Assembly (NCBI GenBank): GCA_965235115.1
Contig: OZ249436.1
Coordinates: forward strand, 13,888,001 to 13,952,000
DNA: 64,000 nucleotides
Reading direction: 5' to 3'
Origin: Laetmonice hystrix
Taxonomy: Eukaryota
Shown here piece after piece: positions 14,966 through 26,940 of the stretch. The notes below the pieces were generated by a model. The model did not search any database, was not told where the DNA came from, and saw nothing but the letters and a program-made list of their open reading frames with translations. Both the position numbers and the translations under genes were made by a program. Position 1 is the first letter of the stretch; each line of letters starts with the position of its first letter.

Positions 14966-15730
14966 TGTACAACAGTACGTCAAGGAAGGGCAGGGGACCA
15001 GTGCACACCGAGCATGTACGTCAACAGTACGTCAAGGAAGGGCAGGGGACCAGTGTACACCGAGGATGTACGTCAACAGTACGTCAAGGAAGGGCAGGGG
15101 ACCAGTGCACACCGATGATGTACGTCAACAGTACGTCAAGGAAGGGCAGGGGACCAGTGCACACCGAGCATGTACGTCAACAGTACGTCAAGGAAGGGCA
15201 GGGGACCAGTGCACACCGAGCATGTACGTCAACAGTACGTCAAGGAAGGGCAGGGGACCAGTGCACACCGAGGATGTACGCCAGCAGTACGTCAAGGAAG
15301 GACAGTGCACCAGGGCCCACCAGGGTTGTACGGCAAGGTTGTAAGTCAACAATACGTCAAGGAAGGTTGTAAGTCAGTAGTACGTCAAGGAAGGACAGGG
15401 GACCAGTGCCTACTGGGGCTGTACGTCAGCAGTATGTCAAGGAAGGACAGGGGACCAGCGCCTATTGGGGCTGTACGTCAGTAGTACGTCAAGGAAGGTT
15501 GTAAGTCAGTAGTACGTCAAGGAAGGACAGGAGACCAGTGCCCACTGGGGCTGTACGTCAGCAGTACGTCAAGGAAGGACAGGGGACCAGTGCCTACTGG
15601 GGCTGTACGTCAGTAGTACGTCAAGGAAGGTTGTAAGTCAGCAGTACGTCAAGGAAGGACAGGGGACCAGTGCCTACTGGGGTTGTACGTCAGCAGTACG
15701 TCAAGAAAGGACAGGGGACCAGTGCCCACC
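14966..15730. repeat. Minisatellite, 52-bp unit, changing to a 28+52-bp higher-order pattern
   Basis: Unit GTACGTCAACAGTACGTCAAGGAAGGGCAGGGGACCAGTGCACACCGAGCAT; after ~15340 it alternates with GTACGTCAAGGAAGGTTGTAAGTCAGTA. Confidence 0.95.
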
Positions 15731-16557
15731 CGGGTCGTATATCAGTGGAGTGAGGTTAATAACCTCCCTATACAGTGGGGAGCAATGCTTTACTCTCACT
15801 GAACCTATGACAAAGGTTTATTTCTGTAAACCACCCAATACTTAGACTCTATCGTTGAGAATGATGTCGATACCGAGGGTAACTTTGTAAATAAGTCTAG
15901 GGCTCTCGCTCTATCGTGGTTTATTGGTGTAACAGGTCCTCTCTGATCCCCCAAATCCAAATCCCAAACATCAAACCTTTACACACACACCCCTTTACAA
16001 AAATACTGGGGCATCCTCCCCTGCAACCCTTAATGACGGTTCACCAAAACGATTGAATGGTAGCCGGACAGCACTCAATACTTTTGTTGGTAAAATGGAT
16101 TTCTGACACCCTTGTGTGGAAGGCCCCGTACCGTTAGTATAAAAGGGCTGTTCACTCTCAGCCATATTGTTTGTGAAATAGCCGCCCCCATATTGGCTTC
16201 ACCTTTGCCTTCATTGATGGGCTAATAGTGGACGTTCGATGTGCAACAACACAGAAACTATGTATTCAGAGGGGGAAGGACCGATTTGGAGTTGTCGTGC
16301 TGATGGCTACGATGCACGGTCGATGTGTTACAATGAAGTGGCCGGCTCATGTTGGCCGGTATTCCTCCCCCACCTGACCACCAATAACACAGATGTCACG
16401 TCAAATGACCACCTACCGGGGGGTTGGCGGGTGGGTGGCGGGTGGGCGGCCACTCCCACCCACCCACCCACCGACTGCTGCTCGGGGCGGATAGTGAGGA
16501 CGGGAGCTGACGTCTAGACGACAAATCTGCGGATTTGGAGGGTCAAAGACACCGTCA

Positions 16558-16630
16558 TGACCACCCACCGCCGCACCCACACCCCCACCCCCTCTGACAC
16601 CCACACCCACACCCACACCCACACCCCCCG
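16558..16630. repeat. (CACACC/CACCC)n low-complexity repeat
   Basis: Imperfect CA/C-rich run. Confidence 0.8.
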
Positions 16631-17550
16631 CTGCGTGCTGCCGTCTAGGCACGTACTGGTGGACGGGAAAAGTAGTCGCATTATGTTCAGTTTGTGGAGG
16701 TGGAAAAACGGCTTTAACGACATTAAAGATTCAGGGCATTAAAGATTAGTGACAACCAGATATTTCTTTTAGAACTGCGACACGATAATACCCGTCGGAT
16801 GATATCCAGTCCAGTACCCGAGTCCACACGCACGCCTGCACACTGCCGACCCTTCCCCACCACCGCCACCCCTCTCCTCCACCCTCGCCCCCACCCCTCT
16901 CCTCCACCCTCTCCCCACCCCCTTAGTTCCCTTTACCACGCTGATCTAACACTAGCCCTGCGCGCACCTGCCTTCGACTGGCCTTCTATTGAAGGGCACA
17001 TGACAAACAACCTACTCTTTGCCGATAAAAGATTGTCTCTGAGATTGATGATGGCAGTTGCTTAACAATATCCACAAGTGTAAATAAAAGGGACGTTCAC
17101 TTAAACGACTTGTGCACTACAACGGTATAAGGGCAGTGTCGTCAGGTCCCACAACAACCGGTCTTGGCAGCAATCATGTAAGATCTCAACTGAACCGGTG
17201 GAAATGCTTGAAATGTGTTCCCTGTTTGACAGGAGAAGGAGTTGCGCTGGGAGCGACCGCCAAAGCCTTTGTCTTGCGCCATTACACCTGAATTGCAAAA
17301 TGTCATCATCAATAGGCTCACAGCACTTAACCACCGCACGGAGCTAGCCTAGACCCACAGCCAATCCTATTACAGTGAAATAGACTTTCCGGTCAAAAGA
17401 CATAGTTTGATTATTAAAATTTGACTGGGTGACTTGGAGTTTACCACTCGTTAGGGCTGGCAAACAAGACTTATTCATGAGGACTTCCCATTAAATAAAA
17501 TCCAATACTATCTGTGGTGTTTATTCCCTATTACATTCTATGCTCATTTT

Positions 17551-17845
17551 ACCCATGTAATGACATCATCTTACTCATGTAATAACGTATACTCATGTAA
17601 TGACATCATCTTACTCATGTAATAACTCATACTCATGTAATGACATCATCTTACTCATGTAATAACTCATACTCATGTAATGACATCAACTTACTCATGT
17701 AATAACTCATACTCATGTAATGACATCATCTTACTCATGTAATAACTCATACTCATGTAATGACATCATCTTACTCAAGTAATGACTCATACTCATGTAA
17801 TGACATCATCTTACTCATGTAATAACTCATACCCATGTAATGACA
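17551..17845. repeat. Minisatellite, 40-bp unit, ~7 copies
   Basis: Unit ACTCATGTAATGACATCATCTTACTCATGTAATAACTCAT. Confidence 0.95.
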
Positions 17846-18678
17846 ACCGCCAAATTCGTTTTTATTTCCAACATTTGCACCCGTCTGCGCACGCGCGCTC
17901 GCGGGGTGAATATCGTCTCATGCCCGAAGTCATCCTTTAAAACCAAGTATGGGACAGACATTCACCCCCATGCCGCCCCTTCCCTCCTTTATCTTTCTGA
18001 ACTTCTCCTTCCAACCCCTTCACCCCTTTCTTCCTTCACACTTACACGCTTTCTCGAAATACAAAATTACATTCTTTTGGAATCAGCTGACGCCGCCTGC
18101 GCTGCCCTCCCGGAGCCTGCCCGCAGCCGACCCGCAGCCGACCCGCAGTGGGGCCGCTGCCTTGTATCTGAGTCTGCCAAGCGTGTTCCTTCAACATCTT
18201 ATTCTGATATGACTTGATCAGTGTCACCCCGCCTTCAGTATTGCCAGCGCGGGGTCAACTTGGACCGTCAACTGTGTTCGCCTGCGGGGCTGATGAGCCT
18301 GATGGGCCGACATGATAGTGAGAGTACTTCCCCCCGCCCCCCGCTTACCGTAGATATAACGGCGGATGCCATCACCTTACCATGACCCTGGCTAGCCTAA
18401 ACATCGCCAACAGTCAGTAGTCGACGGTATTCGGAGATAATCGAGAACATCAGAGCATAAATATCTTCAATGCCAAGGACTGCCCAGTCGTCTTGTGAAC
18501 GGCCTTACAAAGATAGACCAACTCATAGGGTAAAACCTGTATATGGATCCACTGGCACAACAATTATTTTACATTTTTCATACTCTGCTGATGTAAAATA
18601 TTAAAAAAACATTTGTCGACTGTTTGAACACGTCTGGTTGTAGACCGCTGTTATCATTGTACATAAAATAAACCCAAT

Positions 18679-18784
18679 TTATACACATGTACATCAATGT
18701 ATATATGACGTACCTCTCAACAAATCAACAAGTTATACACATGTACATCAATGTATATATGACGTACCTCTCAACAAATCAACA
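18679..18784. repeat. 54-bp tandem duplication
   Basis: TTATACACATGTACATCAATGTATATATGACGTACCTCTCAACAAATCAACA occurs at 18679 and 18733. Confidence 0.95.
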
Positions 18785-18789
18785 GTGCA

Positions 18790-18887
18790 TCAGAGCTGAA
18801 ACATTTCGGCATTGGTCCTTCCCAGCTCAACTGCTTTACGGTAAGAAGCACGTACTTTGAGGAATTCCTACTGCATCCGTGAACGGG
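18790..18887 (+). mobile_element. Possible decayed LINE reverse-transcriptase fragment
   Basis: SELKHFGIGPSQLNCF followed, in another frame, by GIPTASVNG resembles KLKHYGI.G..LNWF...GVPQGSVLG; spacing is too short and the frame is broken. Confidence 0.2.
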
Positions 18888-19472
18888 ACTGCTCAAGAAG
18901 GCTCTCTCGACTCCTGGAGGACCTATCAATTTGTCCTTATCCGGACTTCTGGGTAACGTATCCAGAGACATAATAAAGATCCGTAGACTTTCTGTCAGTT
19001 GTCTCGGTCAGAAATCGATATAAATCAATCTTGTCTAAATGTGGCTAGCTGGTTAGGTGGTTGTTGGTCGGAGGATGCCATGTTTGATCATGGAAACGAG
19101 GCCCCAAGCGGTGACAATACTATCGATCAGAGCCGATCGGAAGGAGACGTGCTCGCCCGGTGTGAGGAGGGCACGAGTGGTAACAAAACGTCGACAAGGA
19201 AGTCGTTTTGGGAAGCAGCTGGGTCCCTACTTGAACTTGACCGACTTTCATATCATTGACTTAGATAATGCCCCAGATCATTAAAATAAACATATCATTT
19301 TGATGAATGTTACGAGTTACTTCTGTATCCTGTGGTATATTACTACAACATTATGTCAGGACATGCAGCCCTGCTTCAATAAGTTATATGTCTTTATGTT
19401 TATGTTTAAAACGGTCTGTTTTAAAGCAGCTCGTCTGCAGTAAGGGGGGGGGGACTTCTCTGTCAAAGAGGC

Positions 19473-19613
19473 GAGCGTTGTCATTGCATAAAAAATATGA
19501 GGTTGGAATCTGCCAAATAGACGAGCGTTGTCGTTGCATAAAACGCTATGAGGTTGGAATCTGTCAAATAGACGAGCGTTGTCACTGCATAACACGCTAT
19601 GGAGGTTGGAATC
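19473..19613. repeat. ~50-bp tandem repeat, ~2.7 copies
   Basis: GAGCGTTGTC..TGCATAA....TATGAGGTTGGAATCTG.CAAATAGAC repeated. Confidence 0.9.
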
Positions 19614-20243
19614 TCTTCACTGAAGCGTTCAAGTGGCACGCTTGAGCCTGGCAAACTGTCGTTGTCAAGGACAGAGTTGTGAACTGATTTAGTATAACAC
19701 TGCCTCGCGGCCACTAGGTCAATGCATCAGGTTTTACACCAGCAGCCACAGTGTAGCAGCACTTCGTCTTTATTAATTTTAAACGTGTTTTATTCAATCT
19801 TGCAATTTTATTTCAATATTTGACGTGCCATCAATGTCTTGCTAGGGGGGTGGGGCGACACCCCCGGCCAAGTCACCCACTCCCCGCTTTAAGATTTTTG
19901 TAACAAATATCATTACAGTTGAGCGTAATATCTTCCTCTTCATCTTGCCTTCCTTTTTTGTTTTTAGTCAATTATCTTGAAAGGCTTCTTATCGGTATGA
20001 TTTTAGATGAATTCTCAGAAAAAGAAAATAGATTTGTCACAGCGTTATTAGTTCACATAGAAAACATCGTAATGGGGTCATAGTACAGCATATCAATAAA
20101 TGCATCCCCCTCTCCATCCTCCAATATGCAATAGTATGTATTATAGCGACCGTGATGCACCGGGTCCTGTCCGCGCCGTACGAGGTTCTCCGAAGTACGG
20201 CGGTGTCATGCACAAGTGCCCTCTGGCGGCGATTCCTTGCTTC

Positions 20244-20774
20244 AGTCAGACGGCCCCCGCTTGATCTAACAGTTGATCTAACTATCAGACACAGTAAGAG
20301 TCACGTGGCCCCCGTTTGATCTAACTATCAGACACAGTATTAAAGAGTCAGACGGCCCCGCTCGATCTAACTATCAGACACAGTAAGAGTCAAACGGCCC
20401 CGCTGGATCTAACTATCAGACACGGTAAAAGTCAGACGGCCCCGCTTGATCTAACTATCAGACACAGTAAGAGTCAGACGGCCCCGCTTGATCTAACTAT
20501 CAGACACGGTAAGAGTCAAACGGCCCCGCTTGATCTAACTATAAGACACGGTAAGAGTCAGACGGCCCCGCTTGATCTAACTATCAGACACGGTAAGAGT
20601 CAGACGGCCCCGCTTGGTCTAACTATCAGACACGGTAAGAGTCAGACGGCCTCCGCTTGATCTAACTATCAGACACGGTAAGAGTCAGACGGCCCCGCTT
20701 GATCTAACTATCAGACACGGTAAGAGTCAGACGGCCCCGCTTGATCTAACTATCAGACACGGTAAGAGTCAGAC
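20244..20774. repeat. Minisatellite, 42-bp unit, ~12 copies
   Basis: Unit CAGACGGCCCCGCTTGATCTAACTATCAGACACGGTAAGAGT. Confidence 0.95.
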
Positions 20775-21088
20775 AAAAGGTATCCTAACCGTCGTAGTAT
20801 AAAGATTTCAGTAGAGTTTGAGCCTTTGGTAGACGTTCAGTCCAGCGATGTCCAGACGGCATTTCACTTTAGAGAGATTATGTGCATCAAACAGGCAGAA
20901 CAAACAATCAGTTTCTAAGTCGTAACCCTCGCCTTTATGAACACGTTGACATAGATACTTGGCTTTGCAGCTGGCACACACCTGCGCAAAAGAGAATATA
21001 AAATTCGGAATATAAATAAAGCTTTTTCAAAAGACTGACCATATTGACCATGTTTATTCGGACCGCAAGGAAAGAGGTAAGATTTTTA

Positions 21089-21089
21089 G

Positions 21090-21143
<54 letters not shown>
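21089..21143. repeat. (GTT)n microsatellite
   Basis: About 18 perfect units. Confidence 0.95.
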
Positions 21144-21144
<1 letters not shown>

Positions 21145-21903
21145 AAGCATTACATGGATGGGTTGACACAGAACAAAGAACAGGCCTTAATGATTATATG
21201 TGATTACTTTTCCTTCACAGAAATTATAGAGAAAGATAAAGTGATTATTACAGAATATCAGAGCCAGTCTTTATCATAGACCTAATGTTGGTCTATATCG
21301 GTAGAGTATGATATCAAAATTTATTTCCACTTGTGTTAATTCACAAATCAATCAGATATCGGTATGTATACTATTGTTGAGGTCAAGTAAGTTTACCAGG
21401 GGCGGAGCTGGTTTGTTTCCGCAACACAATCTGTTGCTTAGAACCAATGAATGGTTGGTTGTCTTGAGTCTTGAGTTTGGAGATCAGCGTCACTTAGAAA
21501 GCGCATCATACACGAGATTCCACATTTGGCGTTTCCTTAATAATAGTTGATTAGTGCTGAGGTCACATCACGAATCAAATACTTACAGTCCGCACCGGAA
21601 GTGTTTGTCTAGGTTAATTAGTCAATGACACAGCGTGCACACTTCCTGTAATCGTAGCGACCGGTAGGTGGCAGTAGTGTGATTGCTGTTACTTTGGAAC
21701 CAGCCGCCTGCTTCCAACTCGATCGATGCGTGTCTGCAGTGCTACCAGTCAATGCGTACTCGAATCTAGCTTGATTTCTCCGGCGAATACCCCACCTACA
21801 CTGGTATGTCACGAGGGGTTCCCTTAACTCAGCCAACTAGAAACATTGCATATCGAATCCTGTCCCTGTCATTTTTTTTACATAATGTAACAAAAGGATA
21901 TAT

Positions 21904-22161
21904 CAGGGGCGTATCCAGAAATTGGTTAGGGAGGGGGGGGGGGCTTCATAAGTTTAGGCACTTCAGAGATGGCCTTAGGCCTCTGAGAAATAAATATACA
22001 TCAAATAATGCAATCTCAGTCTTGTTTAGAAATATGAAGATTTCCTTTGGTTAAAATATTACACTTTTTACACTCCTGTTTTACCAAAAATGTCAGTGTA
22101 TAGTCAGATACTTTTCAAGGGGGGTTCCGGGATACTTGCAACCCCCCTGGATACGCCACTG
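21904..22161 (+). mobile_element. MITE family A, copy 1 (258 bp)
   Basis: TIRs CAGGGGCGTATCCAG / CTGGATACGCCACTG (14/15 match); GATATAT on both flanks; homologous to the inverted copy at 27574-27857. Confidence 0.85.
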
Positions 22162-22273
22162 GATATATTGCATGACGATGAAGTGCTAGCATTACGCCAG
22201 GTTCACCCTGTGCAATATTGCCAACGAAATTACATAAGCCTAGATGGTTTAGGGCCTGGCGACCTGTACTTTA

Positions 22274-22310
22274 AGGGGACATGCCCCCCCCCTGATTCTA
22301 ACGCCTACAT
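22274..22310. mobile_element. Isolated MITE-like terminus
   Basis: GGGGACATGCCCCCCCCTGATTCTAACGCCTAC resembles the right end of the 43523-43706 element; no partner end found. Confidence 0.3.
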
Positions 22311-22786
22311 AGTACGTTCTTCCAGGATATTGACGCTGCCTTTACCCTTTGAGTTGATTGCCTATAGTCCTGCATGTGAAGTAAAGGAAAAGTTCGTACT
22401 TCTCTGAAGTAATCACCATGTACAAAATAGTATGAAGTGTGACGAATGAAGTGTACTCTTGGTTCTGTCGTCGGTGATCAATGAGTTGATGTAGTACATG
22501 ACTGATCGTCTAGGACAGAAATAACGTACGTCAAAGTGTAGAAATACAAACCGTATAATTGATAACCCATGTGTCCATTGACTTCATAATGATAAGCGTG
22601 AATGAACGGAGGTCAGTGATCGAAGCGTCTCTTAAAGGTCAACCCCGGACTGAAATTACTTGGGACTGAAGACGTAAGTGATGGAAGCGAATTCTGACGT
22701 TAGCCTTCAACAGTCTGACAGGGCAGGCATCAGGCGGGCCTAACCACAGCGCCTGGCGGCCGTATGCTGCATCAGGAGGAGGCGCT

Positions 22787-22828
22787 TGGTGGTGGTGGTG
22801 GTGGTGGTGGTGGTGGGGGGGGGGGGGG
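22787..22828. repeat. (GGT)n plus poly-G
   Basis: Simple repeat. Confidence 0.9.
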
Positions 22829-23226
22829 CGCCGTGTTTAATACGGCGCCGTGACGCGAGCCGCCTGCCATTAAAGACGCTGAGGACGACGACGCGCATTG
22901 AGCGACCAATCGATCGTCTTCGTTCCCACGTTACAGGAGGCGCTAGTCGACTCGGCCCTGGAGCAGCCACCAACCAGACTCTCCTGACTCAACTTCTCTC
23001 ACAACACTGCCGAGCTGCGTGGGCTCAATCAGTGAATTTTATCCCGTTGCCATGACAACGAGTTCTTTCCGAAGACATGTGTACCCTGAGAATATTCCTT
23101 TCCAAAAGACAGAGACGTCACTTTCATAGTTTGTCATAAGAGAGAGGGCAGACTCTCGAGTAATATACGCTCACACTATTTCCTGTGAAAGGCTTTGGGT
23201 GGAGAGTCCATATCTCTCGGCTTCTC

Positions 23227-23385
23227 CGACCTTCGTCCTTGTCGTCCACTGGTCAGTGTCAAGGAACATAACTTCTTAGTGAGCCCTACATCTAACAGAT
23301 ATAACGACCTTCGTCCTTGTAGTCCACTGGTCAGTGTCAAGGAACATAACTTCTTAGTGAGCCCTACATCTAACAGATATAACGA
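23227..23385. repeat. 78-bp tandem duplication
   Basis: CGACCTTCGTCCTTGT.GTCCACTGG...CAGATATAACGA begins at 23227 and 23305, with one mismatch. Confidence 0.95.
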
Positions 23386-23440
23386 GTCTGTAGGTCATAT
23401 GGAGACTCCGTGGGTCACTGTTTAAAAAACCTAACATTGA

Positions 23441-24224
23441 ACACGAGCGGGACGGGGCGTGATACACGAGCGTGACGGGGCGTGATACACGAGCGTGATA
23501 CACGAGCGTGACGGGGCGTGATACACGAGCGTGATACACGAGCGTGATACACGAGCGTGATACACGAGCGTGATACACGAGCGTGATACACGAGCGTGAC
23601 GGGCGTGATACACGAGCGTGATACACGAGCGTGATACACGAGCGTGATACACGAGCGTGACGGGCGTGATACACGAGCGTGACGGGGCGTGATACACGAG
23701 CGTGACGGGGCGTGATACACGAGCGTGACGGGGCGTGATACACGAGCGTGGTACACGAGCGTGACGGGGCGTGATACACGAGCGTGACGGGGCGTGATAC
23801 ACGAGCGTGACGGGGCGTGATACACGAGCGGGACGGGGCGTGATACACGAGCGGGACGGGGGGTGATACACGAGCGGGACGGGGGTGATACACGAGCGTG
23901 ACGGGGCGTGATACACGAGCGTGACGGGGCGTGAAACACGAGCGTGACGGGGCGTGATACACGAGCGGGACAAGGCGTGATACACGAGCGGGACGGGGGT
24001 GATACACGAGCGGGACGGGGGGTGATACACGAGCGTGACGGGGCGTGATACACGAGCGTGACGGGGCGTGATACACGAGCGTGACGGGGCGTGATACACG
24101 AGCGTGACGGGGCGTGATACACGAGCGTGACGGGGCGTGATACACGAGCGTGATACACGAGCGGGACGGGGGGTGATACACGAGCGTGACGGGCGTGATA
24201 CACGAGCGGGACGGGGGGTGATAC
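23441..24224. repeat. CpG-rich modular minisatellite (13-bp and ~23-bp units)
   Basis: GCGTGATACACGA with or without a GCGTGACGGG module. Confidence 0.95.
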
Positions 24225-25849
24225 GCGCCACTGGTTCCAATCGCCTCTTATATAAAAGCAGCCAATTAACGGCCGAGTCGGGCGTCGCCCATAATGGATT
24301 TCTCTAGAAGCCCTCACGTCAACAGTTGTTAAAAACACAACCGAAGGCGTCAACAAAATTTGGGTGTCCAGTCGAGTAAGGTATTGGGACAGGGGGCTCC
24401 ATCAATACAATCAAAAACTTCACAACGTTTCTCAACTTCTTTTCAATCAGCCCTCCGAGGAACTGCAAATGAGAAGTAATTATAATTTTATGGCCTGTTA
24501 TGTTTATTGTCCATCGGTTATTCCCATTCCGCTAAAACACACTTTATGACATTTCTGGTAGTATTCGAAGAATTATCTATCAACAGAATATTGTTCATGG
24601 TATGTATAGTCGCGTATTGCAATTTGGTGATATTTTCCTGCATTGATATACAAATAAATTATATTCATGCTGTTATACGATAGGTAATAATTCACTGGAC
24701 CCGTTTATCCAGGATATTTTCATTGTAAATACTGAGCGGGGGTGAGCGGATATTGTGTCCTCGCAGTGTCAACCCTTCGCCTGACAGAGACCCAATTGTA
24801 GCCGAAAATTGACGCATAATAGCAAGCTATTCCGATGCCATATTGTATGTCTGACCTCCTACTCCTATGATTATCTCGTTTACAACTTGACAAGTCCTAC
24901 TTCCAGTGTAGGCCTATTGACTTAAATGTATAAACCATTCACTGGGAATTTTGCGTATGTATAGGTACGCCCCGTCTCAGAGTAACCCTTTGTGAAATGG
25001 CTAAGATTAGCCTTTGAAATGCACCTAGGGATTGAAACGGTTTAGCTCAGTGTAGCGCCAGTACCTTGGCCGTCTCTTGCGACGAGTTAGTGGACTCCAG
25101 TGGGATTCTAGCGGCTCACATTTACAATACTCGCTGAGACTTGTCCATGGTCAGCGTCTACTACTAACGGCGAGACGACGGGCCTTACAGTCCTGGCAGT
25201 GTTTGTAATAGGAATTGACAGGTAAGAGGCGAGGTAAACCGTTAGATGTGAGAATACCAAACTATGGACGACCCCACTGTGGGTCACCTGCCACTGCATG
25301 GCTGGCAATACTGCACGTAAAGTCGACTTCTTATGAATTCTTTGAACCTTGATGCTCTTTAAGAAGCGTGCTGCGCCATAAAGAATGCAGTTGCTGTCAG
25401 AGAACTCCCCACGGTGATCTTCAGGTAAGGATTCTTTCATAGCTTTCTGCATTTTTGGCTGACATTTCCCCTTTTAGTCTGCTACATGTGAGTTGAATAA
25501 TTAAGCGGTTTTCCTGTGGAAGCCATGGTCTGGCAAACGCCGCCAGCGGTCGACCCACCGAGTGATGCATTGCAGTTATCTTGGTGACAAAGAAGCCGCG
25601 TCAGTGTGTAAATAGTATTAATGTGTGATCGCGATAGCGCCACGATTGTCAGGGGACCTATACCAATCTATCATGACAATGTCCAATTTTTTAAAAGGAG
25701 GTTTCACGCATGTAGGGCTTTCAACTTAAATGCACCGATGATTAGTAAATAAGCCCATTTTAATATCTTGCATCATATAGGTACAATTTATGGAGCATCG
25801 GTAAAAATGAAATTGCCTTTCAATAAAGTATTAGAGTAAACACTTTGCC

Positions 25850-26882
25850 AGCATGTGCTGACGCCACTAACGAGGATCGTGGTGCTTCGCCCCCCCCCCC
25901 CCGACGTCTCCCGACCGTGAGAACCTAAGGGGGGGGGTGTCCATCGGGTCGTCGTGTGCGACACACGTGCCGACTTAAAGCACGCCTCACTTGACCCAGC
26001 CACATACATCCAGACCATCAACACTCCATAACCCGACCGGCACTAAATGTTATCTGCCGCCTCCTGCTGCTAGCATTCAGCTGACCACCAAATCCTCACA
26101 GTTCCACCCCAAGAAGGCCTTTCTCCTGCAGCCGTCTGGGGCCACCCAAGACTTTTGTTGGCCGCGGCATGTCGCCGAGGCCCGTCCATCCCCCGTGGTC
26201 CGCCAGTCGGATACACCCAGCTAATATATAAATCTTAGTTGTCGCAAAGAGCACGGTGGCTCGGTGGGACTCACGCGCCCGGAAATGAAGGTTGTGCGCG
26301 TGTCGACATGTGCGCGGTCGATGTCGGAGTGGCGCAATGAAAGACTCAGTGCGTAGTTCCGGAGACCCTGATGAGACGGTAACCATATCTCCTCCGACAA
26401 CCAACTCGTAATGGGACGTATTATTCGCCCGCATTACTTTATAAGTGAGTTAGGGCACACACCAACAGCTGGCTCGTCTCGAAACTAGACATGTTAGTCT
26501 CCGTCGGCAATCGAACAATATTAAATTTGGCCTCACATTCTACGGGCAGCGACGATCAATTCTACTTTCAATATGTGCAATTCGGCGTGGTCGAGTCGCT
26601 GGCGGTTTGGCGGGGAGGACGAGCAGAGCTTATTGTGGACAGACAGTGAACACTGGTGCCGACACCATGCATGCGCTGGCAATGGCGACCACCGACTTAC
26701 AACAGTTCTCCCCACTTACTTGCAGAGGGTGGCTATCTAGAACGGGCCGTTTGCGGCGGATTTCGCGTTGAAGAACATCGTCTTTGAGAGCCCTGGAGAG
26801 GCTGGTTTCCGGGAGAAGAGGGACGAAGCCACACGACGTTGTTGATGGTACGACAAGGCAAAAAACAGTGTAGGGCCCCGCC
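25850..26882 (+). promoter_or_regulatory. CpG-rich putative promoter/5' UTR of nAChR exon 1
   Basis: GC/CpG-rich unique sequence directly upstream of the Kozak ATG at 26883; the TSS cannot be determined from sequence. Confidence 0.4.
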
Positions 26883-26940
26883 ATGGGTCCAGTCGATGTC
26901 AGTCTACTGATCAAGGCGGTCGCCTTCCTGTCCATCATAA
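26883..26940 (+). CDS. nAChR: Candidate nAChR coding exon 1 (signal peptide MGPVDVSLLIKAVAFLSII, phase-1 end)
   Basis: ATG in CCGCCATGG Kozak context, 19 mostly hydrophobic codons + 1 nt, then a GTAAGT donor at 26941. The phase matches the acceptor at 47360, and the join gives a 25-aa signal ending V-L-A before NPDAKR. Confidence 0.7.

Noticed and set aside
16138-24258. TATA-like boxes at 16138 (TATAAAAG) and 24249 (TATATAAAAG)
   Set aside because: No associated exon or ORF, and such motifs are common by chance.
23354-24356. 270-310-aa ORFs on the minus strand
   Set aside because: They are translations of the 13/23-bp minisatellite, open in all three frames, with no domain or splice support.
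12772-25073. 15-bp exact match CAGTACCTTGGCCGT at 12772 and 25059
   Set aside because: A match of this length is expected by chance in 64 kb, and the flanks are not collinear.
25040-25110. tRNA/SINE-like head (TAGCTCAGTG)
   Set aside because: No B-box and no cloverleaf.
25108-25452. ORF with FSDS...W.V.HSG resembling RNase H
   Set aside because: Spacing is plausible, but the downstream GNE.AD motif and upstream catalytic motifs are absent.
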